64,000 nucleotides of DNA from Ylistrum balloti (Eukaryota): NCBI RefSeq assembly GCF_031769215.1, contig NW_026782001.1, positions 62,001-126,000 on the forward strand, given 5' to 3'. Under the pieces are notes generated by a model. The model made no database searches. It saw nothing but the letters and a program-made list of their open reading frames with translations, and was not told the origin of the DNA. Positions 1-15,500 of this stretch are shown here, one piece after another. Every line of letters begins with the position of its first letter. The stretch's first letter is position 1. A program made the translations under genes and the position numbers.

Positions 1-479
1 GTATAACACTGGACTACCACATGGACAGTTTTCATGCAAAACCTTCATGCAACTTTGATGAACCTTCCAAAATGGGTTGGGAATTGACTCAATCTGCAAA
101 GACAAAAAAAGAAGACCTTTTACTTCCAGTTAATGTCACCTCATTTTGACAGTGTACACACTTTAATTTAAAAAGTTTATCTGAACAGTGGACGTTTCAA
201 TTGAAATATAAACTCGATGACTTGATCAGTTCTGTATCAATATACAATACGAACAGAAATTATTGATTTTCCATTTTTTTTTTTTTTTTTACAATTCAAT
301 TGTAATAATCTTACCTCTTTCTTTGTCATAATCTGCAAATATGACGTCACTAACGTCTCGGGCGCCTGCGCCTCATCTCTTCAGTCTCGTGTTTGGTCCA
401 TGTATGTGGTTGAGAGACAGTTTTTTTTTTTAATATCACAGAATGCTTCAGCACTATTTTGTTGTAGAAAGTCAATAGT

Positions 480-2841
480 TTATTTCTTCTGACCAAGGAG
501 AGCATCCTTTGGTTCGATGTACTGATTGTTGATATAAATGTTTGGACTTCCCATCACAATCGGTCCATCGTCCTCGTACACAGGCGTCAGGGATGTCTGG
601 CAACCCATCAGCACATCAGGAGACGCCGTTACCAAGGTATTACGGTACTTGTTGCTTCCGTGACAGGCTTGCTGAGATATTGTGATGTATTCTGTAAAAC
701 ATAAAAATTTGATTCGTTTTACATTTAAGAATGACTCACTACCTACTTATATTTTATTTAACAGATAGGTCTTTCTGCCCGAAGGACCTAACATATAATG
801 GATTTAACTGTAAATACAAATAGAAAATTGATTTTATCACGAGTCGCTAAAATGTAAACTTCACTGAAACGTACTCGTCTACATTAGCGAGCACTCGAGG
901 AATTTTAAACACCAAATTGGTTGATGAAACGATATCTCCTCTTTATTTTACGTTTAGGAATGCGGTCTTCACAGAAATGTATGTTTCTGAATATTCTGTT
1001 TGTAATATATATAGAATTTCAGGAATTTGAACAGGTACTCGTCTCCTTTCTAATGATATAATTACCCAATGACAATGTTTACCATGGTTAGATTGTAAAC
1101 CATACTCGGTCACTTCTTTAAACAAAGCGATTTGTCAAACTTTTGTATTGCCGTTAGGTAGTAATCCCTAAAAATATGTAAAATGTTCCGTCAAAACCGC
1201 ACTCTTTCATTTAAACCCCAAAAGAATGTTGCTGGTGTTCACAAACGGGGAGACCAATTAGTTTCACAGAGGGGAACAATGCCCTTTATATTCGTTTACC
1301 TTGTGGACAAAACAGGTGAAAAACTCCAGTAAAGCGATTCTGTGAGGTAATCATTATGGCTAAAGTTGATTGTCACATTACAAAGACGACTGATAACAAT
1401 AAGCACGATATATTACAACGATTGATTGCAATTCTAGGTGATCTATCGGTATGTGAATTCATAAATCTAATTTCGGATATAAAATCCTGTTAGGGTATTT
1501 TTCTGCTTACAGGAAGGCTCCGCTCCCCAAACCGGCTATACGAGACTCGTGCACGTTTCCTTGATTTCAAAATATAAGCTTTATAAATTGTATAGATTTA
1601 TTTTCTCTCTTTATGTCGCTACAAATGGTTGAAATTTACCCCCTCCCCCGATCCATAACAACACATCGGTGTAAATATTTCTACATCATAAATCTTTCCT
1701 AACTTCTAGCTTGGTTTTACGGCATTGTATTCCATTTTAAAAGCACATTATTTAAACAACACAATATTATCTTTGACAGTGATCTTTCAAGTTCGACCGT
1801 TAGTCACTTGAATGTTGAAAAATTCAAATATCAAGTTTAAAATCATGATAACGAAGTTTTATCTCTAAACAAAAGCTGCAGGTGTCGACTTTGGGGTAAA
1901 AAGAAATTGTGTATTATATACCTCTGGGAGTTAATTATGAACTGTTGTTGATTTTTGACGTGAAAATTTACGGTCTTAGAAACCGAAAGTTGAGATAAGA
2001 TCGAGTGAAGTATTAAATGTCGCGACCCTGACAATATTACTACACACTGGTAGAATCGCTGTAAAATTTACCTAAGTGACGTCATTTACAGGTGTGTCGG
2101 CTTTATATCGAGTCTATAACTGTCAAATTTCTGCTGATACGGCTAACTTTCTGTGGTTGAAATGATACACTTATCTGTCTACGACAATTCTATCTAAAAT
2201 CACGACCGAATTGAAGAATTAAGGATCGGCTAACAGATTTTCTTCAATTAACACCAACAATAGTCTTCAAAAAATAGAAATATTTTTACTTTTATTAATT
2301 TTTGAAAATGTCTTTAAGTTAGATTAGAATGCTCTTGTGAAAAAATATAATTACCTGGTTCACGAATGATCTCCTTGTCAGAGGCCTTCTTGCAGATGAA
2401 ACAGGCAAAGATGATGTAGAGAGCGATGGCCAGAGAGACGAAACAGAGAATTCCCAATAAAACCATGGAAATCAGGTACCACTCGTCACTGATCTCGAAA
2501 AAAGTGCCGCTGTCACTGGCACGTGGGGAGATTGTAACATCTGCGCTAGCAGACGACAGGCTACTGTCTCTCGTAATCTGTACAAAGGCCCTATTGATGG
2601 AAGATTTGCCGGATTTCTCTTGAAACTGGAAAAATTCAGTAAATTTACCACACTTGGTGTTTTCGAAATAGCCACACGGGGTAAGAATGATGGTGTTGAT
2701 AGGACACACGGCGCACGTGCGGCAATCTTCAGATTTCTTTTCGTAGTACATTCCATCTTCACACGGTTGAACATTTTTACCATACACATACTCCAAGGCA
2801 CAAATGAAAATAGCACTTAGGGTGTAAACCTCCAACTTCAT
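480..2841 (-). CDS. TNF receptor superfamily-like protein with one cysteine-rich domain (wengen/TNFRSF-like), 232 aa. Coding exons 2841-2355 and 691-480; probable non-coding exon ending at 3069 and acceptor at 2904.
   Basis: Signal peptide MKLEVYTLSAIFICALEYVYG, TNFR-type CRD (PCEDGMYYEKKSEDCRTCAVCPINTIILTPCGYFENTKC), Ser/Thr stalk, TM WYLISMVLLGILCFVSLAIALYIIFACFIC. Donor CCAG|GTAA at 2355 (phase 1) joins acceptor TTTTACAG|AA at 691, which stays open for 70 codons to TAA at 482-480. Total 699 nt. Confidence 0.82.
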
Positions 2842-5719
2842 CTTGTAAAAATAGCGTAAAATCCTAGACTATCGGTTATAAATCAACCAGATGTAAAAGC
2901 TTATCTGAAAAGAAAGAAAAAGAGATAATTTAGCTATTTTTTCTCAATACGAACAAATCAAGTTTAGCATACAATAGGTACAAGCACTGCCAACTTCAAT
3001 TTAAGTGAAAAATTGGTAGCGATTAAAAACAATAATGAAGATTGAACAATTGAAATTATATCACTTACCACTGTCAGTCAATCGGCAGACGATTTAGCAC
3101 TGGACAGCTCGTGGATTGTAGTCAGCTTTATAGGCTATATGTGAGCGTGTTCAGTCGAGAAGTGCTACCCGAGTGACAAGTCTACACACGAATCGACGCT
3201 TATATCTACCTGGATCTAGGCCGGCAGCGAAGACACGCCCACAGATACTGATCGACCAATCAGAGAGCGGCATTTCTCACTTAGGCAAATTATTCATGCG
3301 GTAAGGTCAACACACGTTTCAGCACATTGTAAACAGACGATTCTTTCATTGATAAAATAATAAAGCCATTGCTTTGCCGAGTAAAGGTTATAAATTGATG
3401 AAATGAGTAAAGCAAAATTAAATAGCAAAGTGTCAAACTAAATTCTTTCGACTAAATGTTTTGAAGCTTCATCTAAAATCTACTGACTGAATTAAAATGT
3501 GCGGAAAGTTAGTCAGACAAGTACATAACAGGTGTTCAGCGACGAGCTGGAACAGGTAGCTCAGTGCTTTGTTTGAGGCAGAAAGTTATCCCTCTTAACA
3601 CTCGAAAACAAGGAAACCATAAGAAACATGTCTGGAGCTGTCGTCTTTACAGACCTTAACGAAAGATGTACTATAAGAAATTATCAGACTGTTTCAACGT
3701 AGCTAATGATTAATAAATGACCTCATATAATGATGATAATTGATCTCGCTAAAACCTGACATTTATATTACCATATCGTAGTGTCCAAAGTAAGGACGTG
3801 GTTAAGATATGATCATGTCAGATCATCATTATCGTCTCCATTTCTCACAACGAAATGTAATTTATTAAGCTGGAGTTTTTACGTATGTTTCGTTAGATAT
3901 CTATAACATCCACATATTTCCTCAGATTAGATAAATCTGTGTGTAGAGAATTATTCATTTAATGTAATGTCTAAATAGTTCAATTGACCTGTCCATATAA
4001 GGAAGACAAATTAAACTGTACACTAACCATATTTTATTTTACGTTTTCGTATGATTAAGTCAATGAAGATTGGACCTATATAATATATACCATCAGTAAT
4101 ATCAGTGTGAAGCTGGTGTAAGATCAGTCCAGGAAAGTGTTGACACACTGACTTTGGAATGTCATTGTACATATTTACTTTGATGGCAAGTAAAATCAAG
4201 AATGAAAATAAAATATTTCCAGTATAATAAACAGCGCTACTCAATTTCAAAGATTAATGTATGAATTATTACTTGTAGTATGTTTGTATTGAATGAATTC
4301 GGTGGGTTTCGCAGACGGTGGTGTCTTTGATGTCCTCGTTAAAAGTATCTTGAAAGTCGATTTCAGGAAGAGAAACAGAAACAGGCCCCAACGAAGTTTT
4401 ATTACATCATAGTCGATGGAAGTGAACGTTTCTTGTTTATAGTATCGAGGTGTTTTTAATCTTAGTAGTTCCTTTAACCTTAATTTTGTCCTTTTGAATT
4501 AAACCAACTGTTACATCATGTTCATATTTCGCAGCTCACTAATCAACATTCAGTGTGGGTGGTATGGAGATTATCATCAAACGTATACTTGAAATAATTC
4601 AATTGGAGTGAAATATCAACATATCTGTAGATATATCCTTTGTACTTATCATAATAGCCCGATGTTGGATGTTTAGTAGCCATATTTTGTACTTTTAACT
4701 TAATCTATCTCAGAGGGTAAATGTATAAGGGTCATTGCATCTGTATATATAAAATGGTCAATGAGATTATAAAACTATAAATGTTAACATAGTACCATGT
4801 AAAATGATTGTTTTCCACGAGATGTGTTTAAAAAATGTTGTAATAGTTGTTTCTCCTGATCTTTTACCGCCAGCACAAAGTAAAAGAAACAGTAGAGTTA
4901 ATATCAGTTTAATCAACTTAGACCTATTAACAATTGCTGCACGAATCTCCAATAAACGGCACCACATTTCAAACAGCTGACACAAGATCGGTCATGACCT
5001 CTCCTTGGAAAATGTAATACTTTGTTATGATGTATCTTTTTGCCCGTGACGAAGAGATATATAAATTACAAAAGTATAACTCTGTTGAAAACAAATAATC
5101 GATCAGATTAATTACAGAACAGTTCAAACTTTCTTGATACCAAGTCCTAACATATAACAATTTATTGAAGGTTAGTAATGACAATTCATGAAATCTGTTT
5201 TATTTTAGACGTGATAATAAAAAATACAGATCATATAAATCAATAATTGATTTACGAAGATCTTTAGGGTGTCTACCTGTCATGTGTTTACAATACATAG
5301 GTCAGACAGGTAAGTGTTATTAGGAGGGCTGTGAGGACGATCTACCTGATGTCAGCTCGTGCTCTCCTAACACGAACTATCCGTTTTCTGTACCTGTCAC
5401 GTCAGCCCAGACGGACGAGTTAGACATTTTATTGTTTTAACCCAATCAGACATAACCAAAGGGAACCACCCTAAAACTCACACGCTTCTGTACGATCTGA
5501 TTTTATGATAACCCTGGGGGAACCTTCCTGGTGTGTGACTAGACACGACATTTGGACACAAATTGTGTTTTCTAAAGCACAGAAAGATTGTCTCGTCTGT
5601 TTTTAAAATTTTGTTTATCCTTAAGATATCAAGTAATAATGAAAGTAAACAATTCAATTAATTTTGTTCATAGATGCTGACTATATGAAAATCAATTTAA
5701 CAGTCTTCGATTAAATAGA

Positions 5720-5794
<75 letters not shown>

Positions 5795-5795
5795 A
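5720..5795. repeat. (AAAT)n microsatellite, about 19 units
   Basis: Perfect TAAA run read directly. Confidence 0.97.
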
Positions 5796-6431
5796 TCTGG
5801 TTGGAAATATATATGAAAACAAGTTACTTTTAGCAAAATATTATGATATATATATATAAATAAAGACTTTGTGAATAAAACATTCTAGTCAACACATTGT
5901 TTTCTAATTTCATTTATGTATGTTTGAATTTTATGTTCATTTATTTTTTGTTTTGTTTTGTAATTTTATTTTCAATGTTTAAATTAAAATTAATTAAATT
6001 CCATTCATTAATGAATATTTAACTTCAATTATTAAGTAGCTATTGTATGGGAGTATGTTTCTAATTGAGCATGGTGATTCTAACTATGAGTGGAGATATT
6101 CACTAATCAGAAAGACCATATGTTACTTGTAATTATCGAGCATACTGTACACTAATGATAACAAACTTTCTGTCTGCTAAAATAACAAAAAATCAGATTG
6201 AGGGGCTAAGCGGCTTATATTTGTCTTAACTTGTTGTATTAGCGGTGAGGGACTTGGACCAGTCAGGACGTCAGCGGTGTCAATCCTCACACCTGTGTCC
6301 ACCTTAATGGCGGACACTGGTCATCTCGTCACTTTATCACACGTTAATACGTTTGATCCTCTCCATACCATACTATGAGTTTTAATATGTCACATGTTTT
6401 ATCTTATGTACTCTTCATCAAACGGTCTAAT

Positions 6432-6449
6432 CAGAGACGTACGTCTCTG
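6432..6449. mobile_element. Minimal palindromic element CAGAGAC-GTAC-GTCTCTG with flanking direct repeat (micro-MITE or transposon footprint)
   Basis: Perfect 18-bp palindrome flanked on both sides by GTCTAAT; the same termini recur at 22441-22473. Confidence 0.4.
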
Positions 6450-9400
6450 GTCTAATTAAACAACTTTTTGAATAATCTATTGCTGACCAGAGACAAACTG
6501 CAATAAAAACCAAAACAATTATAATCTTATGATGGTTTTATTTCAACGCAGTTAAAATGTAAAATATATATATACAAAATGAGGAATATATAAGTTATCG
6601 GCACTGGGTTTAAATTCTACCGATTATGTGTAAGTCAAATCATTCAGGAAATAAAAGACACGAAAATAAAAAACTAAATAGATTTGAATGAAATTATATA
6701 AAATAGTTAAAATGGCGTGTCCGCAGTCTTAGATATAGAACTATAACTCCATGACATGTCTAAAAAATAGAAACAAAGATTTATTTCAGTGAATTATCAT
6801 CATATCTAATAGATGACATTTGTATTTTATTTTGTAAGATTTTTTTCTTACTTGATATTAGGATGTATTTGTGAGGCTACTTACTAAAATTTACAATATC
6901 TACTTGTATTTGACCTGGTGACACTTAAAACAAGCTCCCCTATCTCCACAGTTCCCTCCTAGACTTCAGCATTTTAGGTCTCTTTAGCATTGCTAATCTT
7001 TCTTTGCAGTTCGAAACAGTTGTATGGTGCAGTTTTATCAATTATTGGTCTAGAAGAATTCAATGTTTAATTAAAAAAGTGTCATTCACTTGTTCATCTG
7101 TAGCACAATCCTATTTCAAACGGTTGTTCCTGATTAATTTTTGTTAATTTATTGTTTTGCATTTTGTTTATATTTTCTATTATACATTATATAAATAATC
7201 AGAAATATTTCAATATTGTTTTTTATTTGTGAAACCGATTTTAAATTACGATCTAAACTGACAGTACCCTGATAACAGAGTTATCACAAATTATCTGTAC
7301 AATATTAAATATACAATATAATTGATCTTTTCTCCATCAATATTTATCTTTGAGACATAAACCTTTATTACCGATAGGTATATTCTCCTTTGATATCTAT
7401 AAATAATTGATCTATCTCCCTCTAAGGACGGTAAATCATGATATGATTTGTCGGTTTAGACTTAACAGATAATCTTTTTAATCGATTTTCAGACACGTTT
7501 GGTCAATATGATGACGTAATGTCCTTATTGCCAAGTAGAAGCGTAAAGCAAGCCGACACATGATTCAGATGTTACGACTTGTAGCCCCTTAGGGGAACGT
7601 TCGGTCCCTTTTTGTGGTCATGATAGGATACAGTTTAAACCCGGGGGCACGGATAAGCACATAAAAAACAACGTTTAGGTATAAATTACTCTCTCGCGTC
7701 TTCAATCTTAATCTGAATAGGTCCGATTGATGAAGTACTCAAATCATGCGTTGAGCTGCATGCAGGTGTATATTCAAGACAGGTAAACAAATAAAGGTGT
7801 AACAATAAGGGCTTTTAGAGACCCCAGATGGGTTTGTTGTCACAGGTATTACCCGACCCCTTTTTGTCGAGCCTTTTATCTTCCGACCAGTGTCGATATC
7901 AAAATAAAACGAGCATTACTGAAGAAATTGACATCAAGGTGTTACGTAATGTAACCGAAGAATGACGGCTCGGGTGTGAAATGTGACGTCATGACAAGAT
8001 TCCGAAGTTAATGTTATGGTGTCGCGTATGTTTAACAGTCTAAACCGTATTAGGCTACATACATATTTGCTTTGTAACTCTCAGAACCGTTTGATAAAAG
8101 ATTCCGTCCTAATAACACATCTACACACTATACCACACGAGCCAAACTTCATCCATTTTATTTTATCTATCTATTAGTTTTTAAACATTAGTGACAAGGT
8201 CTATTTCCCAGTTCATGGAACCACTTATCACATGAACCAAAATTCCTTAATTCAATTATTTTTTTTTAAGTATTAGTGACAAAATATAAGTCCGTGGAAC
8301 CACGATAACTACAAGCTGAGTCCCGAATTCCGATCCATGGTCAGATTACATAATTTCATAAAGTGCTGATTGCATTCCATCACTAGTGGTTCTTATCGTG
8401 GGCTGTGTACATATTGTAATATATTACAAAACATTGGCGGTAGGTTGGTAACTTTGTCACAGTATTTAACTTTTGTGTGCTTTGTATGTCGAGGAAGAAG
8501 GACAGATTAACTATATCTTTCTTGTTTATGTACTTGACTTGTTCCGACCCATTGTTCCATAGACTACAGATCTTACTGCAGTTATCACGCACTCAACCTA
8601 TATATACGATATAAGTTCATTCTTCGTGATAACACATGTTGGAATTTCATTCATCCTTCACTAACGGATAACAGCACCTACATAATGCACCCGGTATCTT
8701 ATATGCTGGATTATCGGAACAAGTCCCTTGTTATCGGCAAAGAGGGGCCGCAACTGCTTATGTGTAAGGGGATTATGGAGGATAAAATCTGTTAAATGCT
8801 CCATAAATATCTCCTTTTGATTAATTTGCCGATCCTTGAATCTCAAATATTTTTAGTATACGACCCATCAGGGCTTTGTCTGAAGCCTGAGCGTGTACGA
8901 CTAGCATATCAAAAGTATGTAATCCCTTTATCATTGTTTCACGAACCTTGACCTTTGAACCTCTCCTCCGAACCCCTTCTCCTCGACAACAGACAGTCGA
9001 CCGTCCAGTATGTTTTGTATTCACAATGGTAGTTTGTCCTGTCATAAAAGGTTAAATAGGTCATTTAGTTTAATTTCATGACGGTAAATTTAAAATATTA
9101 AATGGCCAGCGTGTGGGTTTCAAGTTCTGAAAGCTTAGTCAGATTTCAAAACCACCTTTAAAACCCCAGAAAAACTAGCATCCGTTCTTATCTATAGTAA
9201 ACTGACATGTTTAATAAAACACCATAACATACGTGTAAATTCATTCAATTAAATCTAATACGCACGCCTGTATGATATATATATATATATATATATATAA
9301 TTACGTATATCATGCTGACCAGGTGTAGATAATTCTGTCCAAACTGGAAGTCACACGACTTTTTCTGTCATTGAAATAAATCAGATTCATAAAACAGGAT

Positions 9401-12400
9401 AATGCTGGACTTATTAAAGAATGAAGGTCACTCGAGTTTGACTTCTAATGACTGACTCGCGTGTTCAGCCTGTAAACCGAACTCTAGAAATGGTCACATT
9501 TAGATTGTGCAGACATACAACGTTTTATAACAAGACATTAATATATACATCGGGTTTATGTTTACAAACGCTTAAAAATACAGAAAAGAACCCCTCTCCA
9601 CATGGTTTACACGTGTGAAAATTAAATAATAAACTCTGACCGTTCTGTTTACACTCGAGGTTTATATCGGAGATGGCCTCAGTGACATTATCAGATCACT
9701 GTCTACAGTTCACTCATTTATCAGATCAAATCCCCCGTCATATTTAATTTGACAGACTAAAGACAAGAGGGACTAAAACTTCAATATCACAACGACCCAT
9801 AGTGTATCAAAATGTTGTGACAGGTAGCCTCTCATACAAAGATCAAACAGCTTTATGAATTATGAGCCACAACTTTTGCATGGCAAATTTTCTGTCAATA
9901 CCATAAAAATACTTGCATTAAAGAGCATAAATCAACCCTATGATTTACACATGATGGCATGTCCTTTATAGATTCAAATATGAAGACCAATAGAATTCTT
10001 AATTTTTGAAAAGCTGTACACTATAATTTTCAGCTATCTATAATGAGAGATTTTAGGGGTCTCAACATATTATCGTACATCGAAGATGGATTGTAGAAAC
10101 AAACAATAAATGGTGACACATTGATGCCACAGGTAATTCATCACTGACCGAGACGCTGGGAAGAGTCGAGAAGGGGCGGGTCTCTCTTATTATGTGTACA
10201 CAAACTATCTTGATTTCTCATCAATCACCAGCGGTGTATATTTCATACAAACATTAAGGCATGTCTGGCTCTTTGTAACATCATAGATGATCCCAAACGA
10301 TTTCACCACAAACAATTTTTGTATATATCATCTAATTTTTATTTCTCCGACATGAAATTCAAGTTAGTGCAGTAAACGTCATAATAATGTATTTCTAGAA
10401 TTTTCTTTTTATTATTATTATTTTGCTCGAACCATTTTTAAATATGTCCAAAGATTACGGAACGTTCTAAGGGAAATAACTCCTGCTGTACCCTCACATG
10501 GATCAGCGAAGGAAAGGATATCTGTATCGGCCTCGCTAGTTGCCGATGTTCTTTAATCATATCAACTTGATAATCGAAATAAAAAAACAAATAAATAAAT
10601 AAATAAAAATAGACAGATAAGATATTCCAGAGACGTCTGCGTCAGTGATCTTCATTACTTAGTACTGATCTATGCTGACATTTTCTTTCCTCTGCATTTG
10701 TGATTTTCCATTACGTCATTTGTAAATCGCTATGAAATTATGCTTCAAAATTGAACTATTTCCAAACCTAACGACTAAGCTGTGTGAAAGAATAAACGGT
10801 ACACGTGGCAAAAAAGGTGAAGTTTATTTTCAAGGAATTCCAATAGAGTATAGAAGCCACCCCCAATGGCTGTAGGTGCCAACTTAAAATTCACAAGAAA
10901 GCTACATCGGGGACCGATACTGAATACCGATACCCCCGTCCCCTCTTCTTTTTTTATCAAGAAGATGCTTTCTATGTTTCAGAAAAAGGTCTCAAAATTT
11001 TAAAAATACACGTAGAAGCGAAAAATGCCTATCTTGAACCTGATCAATTGAAAAGCCCAAGTTTTCTCTGAAGAACACTACGATTGAAATTGGTTGGATT
11101 TGTGTATATTGTGTCCTGTTGGTTTCTGCCAATCAGCCAACGTTACATGTAGAGTATTTCTGCATTCCCGCGGATTCTATTTCATTTTTCAAAGAACAGT
11201 CGTTTCAGCTCTTTTTTGGTAATTCAATATTTTATCACTTTAGCTAAATAAGTATAATAATTTCGCTGCAAATATTGTTGTAAAATTGGCTCAAAATCTT
11301 TAACATGATCAAAAAATGTTCGCTAATTTTTCACCCTGGGAAAAGTCCCTGTATTAAATTTCTAAAAAATTAATGTTGGCTTTTTCTTTTTCTGAAATAG
11401 AGACATTTGAGAAAGACCAAAGTAATGAAATGTTTTTTGTTTTATTTGTATCATGGATTAGTCAAAGGTTGCAAGATATGCTTGCATACAACAAAATATC
11501 TGAAACCAAGACATTGTTTACAATTTTGTGAATTTTGGCAAGAAGTGGAAGTAAAGACACTATTGTAACATTTCATACCTACAAATAGATCAAAACTATG
11601 ATTTTCCTGACTTGATTTTTGAAAAATATTACTGACGTACAGAATTATCAGATGTGCAGAATTACAAGACATGATGTACAATATCATTACTATGATAATG
11701 AATACTTTTTCTGATAATTAATTGATTGCTACTACTGATTGTTTTAGTGACAGTTAAGACAATTTTTTGATGATGACTAATGATAATTACGATGACAAAT
11801 TAAAAGGAAATGTAGCTTTGTATGGATACTACTAACTATCATTCTTCAATAGAGATACTGGTATATTGGTGAGAATGTGTACAAATGTATTGTCATGTTC
11901 CTATGCTTAATTAAAAACTCTTGAAAATACAGACTTAGATGTCTACAGCCAGCCGCTAAAAAAAACAAAATCAAACTATTTGTTATAAACCCATAATCTT
12001 TCACTTAACATACTTTGACAGCAGAGGATAGAATTTTTTATTATTGCCAATGGAAATGATCAAACAAATATACGATGTAATTGTGGATGAGACAACAATA
12101 TAAGGGAGACAACTCAATATTGTAAGCAATACCTAGTGGAAACTTTTGACAAATAACCATGTACTCATGTTCTAATCAAATAAATAAAAAAAAAACATAA
12201 TTCTTTACACATTCACAACATTTATTCTTGCCTTATGATAACATTCAAACTTTAAAACATACAACAACAACTGATCAATTTACAGCATATTAACTAACAC
12301 ACGTCCATACTTTACACACATTCATAACTTGTTGTGTAGATCGATTCTTACTTCACAAGGAGTGATAGTCTATTGTCAATACCTAATACTGACACAAAAT

Positions 12401-12623
12401 AGTTTCTTTCCAAGTTTATGTTAAAATGAATACTAAAACCAAATCTTACTTAGTATTCAACATTTTGGTTTTAAATCGTTCAGAGAAACAGGAATGTTCA
12501 GACCTGTTCAAATCAACAATATTCCATGCCTTGGATTTGAAAGATGTCCTCCATTTTCCAAAATGTCTTATGGAATTATGCATCAGAGACAAAAAAGATT
12601 TTCCTTAGTAATATTTGCACTGT

Positions 12624-13574
<951 letters not shown>

Positions 13575-13824
13575 TTATCAAAGTTGAAATAGCTGTATTT
13601 TCTATGTTCAATAATATTGATTAACTGTCTCAACAAAGATTCTTATTGAAAAATTTAAAAGGGATCTGCGGGCAAAACAACGTGGTGTGAACCAGGGTAG
13701 GTGCAAATTGTCAAGATACCACCACAATGACTAGACTCAAATAGTTTCTCATTTCCACATAGTTCATTATGCACTAGCGATATGATATAAAAACATCAGA
13801 GCATGATGTAGTTTGAAGGGTTCT

Positions 13825-13917
13825 GAATATCTATCCATGATTTTAATTTGTCTTGGTCGCGGACTAATAGAAAATGTCAGTGACCAAGACAAAATAAAAT
13901 TGTGAATATATGTATTC
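13825..13917. mobile_element. Small hairpin MITE-like element with imperfect inverted arms of about 36 bp
   Basis: ATTTTAATTTGTCTTGGTCGC ... GTGACCAAGACAAAATAAAAT arms around a spacer of about 19 bp. Confidence 0.5.
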
Positions 13918-14450
13918 TTTATTTCCTCCTCAATGAAGATTACAATAATTAGAGAACATCAAATACATTCAACATAAATACATCAGATATTTACATTATT
14001 GCTATACATATTAAATTACAATGATAAGGTAGATAATTAGGCTGACAAGGTTGAACCTTTTTGATTAATCAAATGTTTTTAATGTGTCATTTGTAATATG
14101 ACGTTATCAATCGAAAGATTATCCTGACTGACTTTTTGCGGAACTCTTCCAAGTCGGCGTTACATAAAGATATGTTTCCTCATATCAGAACATGAAATAA
14201 TCGACTTTCCTCTAAGGCATGCAAATATACACTAAACAAAATATCACTAATATTAATTAATTTGCACCAAAATTCGTCTCTTAAATCTTCAGTTGAACTA
14301 CAATACAACACTATATGAATGACGTCATTATACAACTGACCGCACTTATGACATAATTCATTATGATCTAACCATCGCCTGGTCACAACTAATTTCATAA
14401 TACAATGAATAGCCTCCCTGTGTGGAGTGTCGATAGTTAGAAACCTTCAG
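13918..14450 (-). mobile_element. 3' remnant of a CR1/L2-like non-LTR retrotransposon
   Basis: ORF 14180-14398 has the C-x2-C...H...C pattern (CHKCGQLYNDVIHIVLYC..LRDEFW) typical of LINE ORF2 C-termini, followed by an AT-rich tail ending in AATAAAG. Confidence 0.55.
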
Positions 14451-15085
14451 ATTAAACATGTTTTGTGAACTGTTGATTTTTACTTGGGTTATTATCTGCC
14501 TGTGGTGAAGTGATTACCTGTGATTAGTTCATTTGGGTATAGTATCGGTTAGCTAAATGAAAATATCAGTATCATAACTTCGTTATCAGAAGTTGTAATA
14601 ATACACAAGCGCAGTGATCTTATGAAACAATTGAAAAAGAAAACAAAACAAAAACACATTTAAAATCCTGAAAGTGTGTCTTCGCGTGTAAGTGTGATGG
14701 TCTCCTGATGAAAACGATGTTATAGGAATATAATTGTTCATTACTTTTAACTTCATTTTAAGTCCGTGCTTTTGACGTTCAAACTATTAAAAGCAACAAT
14801 CTATGGTAACAGTAGATATATTTTTAATGTTGTTATTCACACTCCTATAAACCATTTGTGAAATATTTCTAGATACGGACCTAGAGGTTTAAACTCAACG
14901 AGATAAAATAATAGGGGCCATAATTATGGTATACAACACAATGAACAGCGTTATTACAGCAATCAAAACTTCGAGGTAAGTAATTTTAAGCAGCTTAAAT
15001 ATTAGTCAAATTAACTATTATAATTACAAGATAATGAAGCTGTCAATAGAATAAAACACTTGCTTATACTCGCAGCGATTCTTAC

Positions 15086-15500
15086 CAAACAATCATGAAA
15101 TTTCCCTCGTGTGAGTGCCACTTCCGGTTTTGAATGATAGATGGCGCTTTTCATTTTCTACACGTGCTTCCTGTTTACATTTTCATCGTCCAGAAAAGAA
15201 TAGATAATACTTCAATTTCTCGCCACTGACATCGAACGCTGATATGCATTCTTTACAATAAACCCATACTTTTAGACATGTTTTATTTTATCATGTTTTA
15301 ACTTACGTTTTTCAAGGTTTCACCGAATTTACCTGTTTGTCAGAAACTGGTCAAACAGGTTTTGCATTGCTTGAATAGAATTCTATATTTAGAAAACGTC
15401 AACACCGGGAACGGTAGATGCTGTTCCATGGTTAACTGAAACCCGTTTCGTTTTGACACTTTTTCGGATTTCGTAGTGACGTCTAAGTAACTTATATACA
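15086..15500. promoter_or_regulatory. Putative bidirectional promoter and first non-coding exons of POLR2L (-) and the tetraspanin (+)
   Basis: Minus-strand donor G|GTAAG at 15086/15085; plus-strand donor CA|GTAAGT at 15500/15501; ETS-like ACTTCCGGT at 15120-15128 and YY1-like AGATGGCG at 15139-15146. Both genes have an acceptor just upstream of their ATG (13526 and 17172). Confidence 0.45.

Noticed and set aside
4260-5050. Coding-like stretches on both strands
   Set aside because: Interrupted by stops in every frame and not assignable to a family by eye.
8661-9045. Two overlapping minus-strand ORFs and a Cys-rich third frame (CSDNPAYKIPGALCRCCYP)
   Set aside because: No recognisable motif, in-frame stops, and no convincing splice sites.
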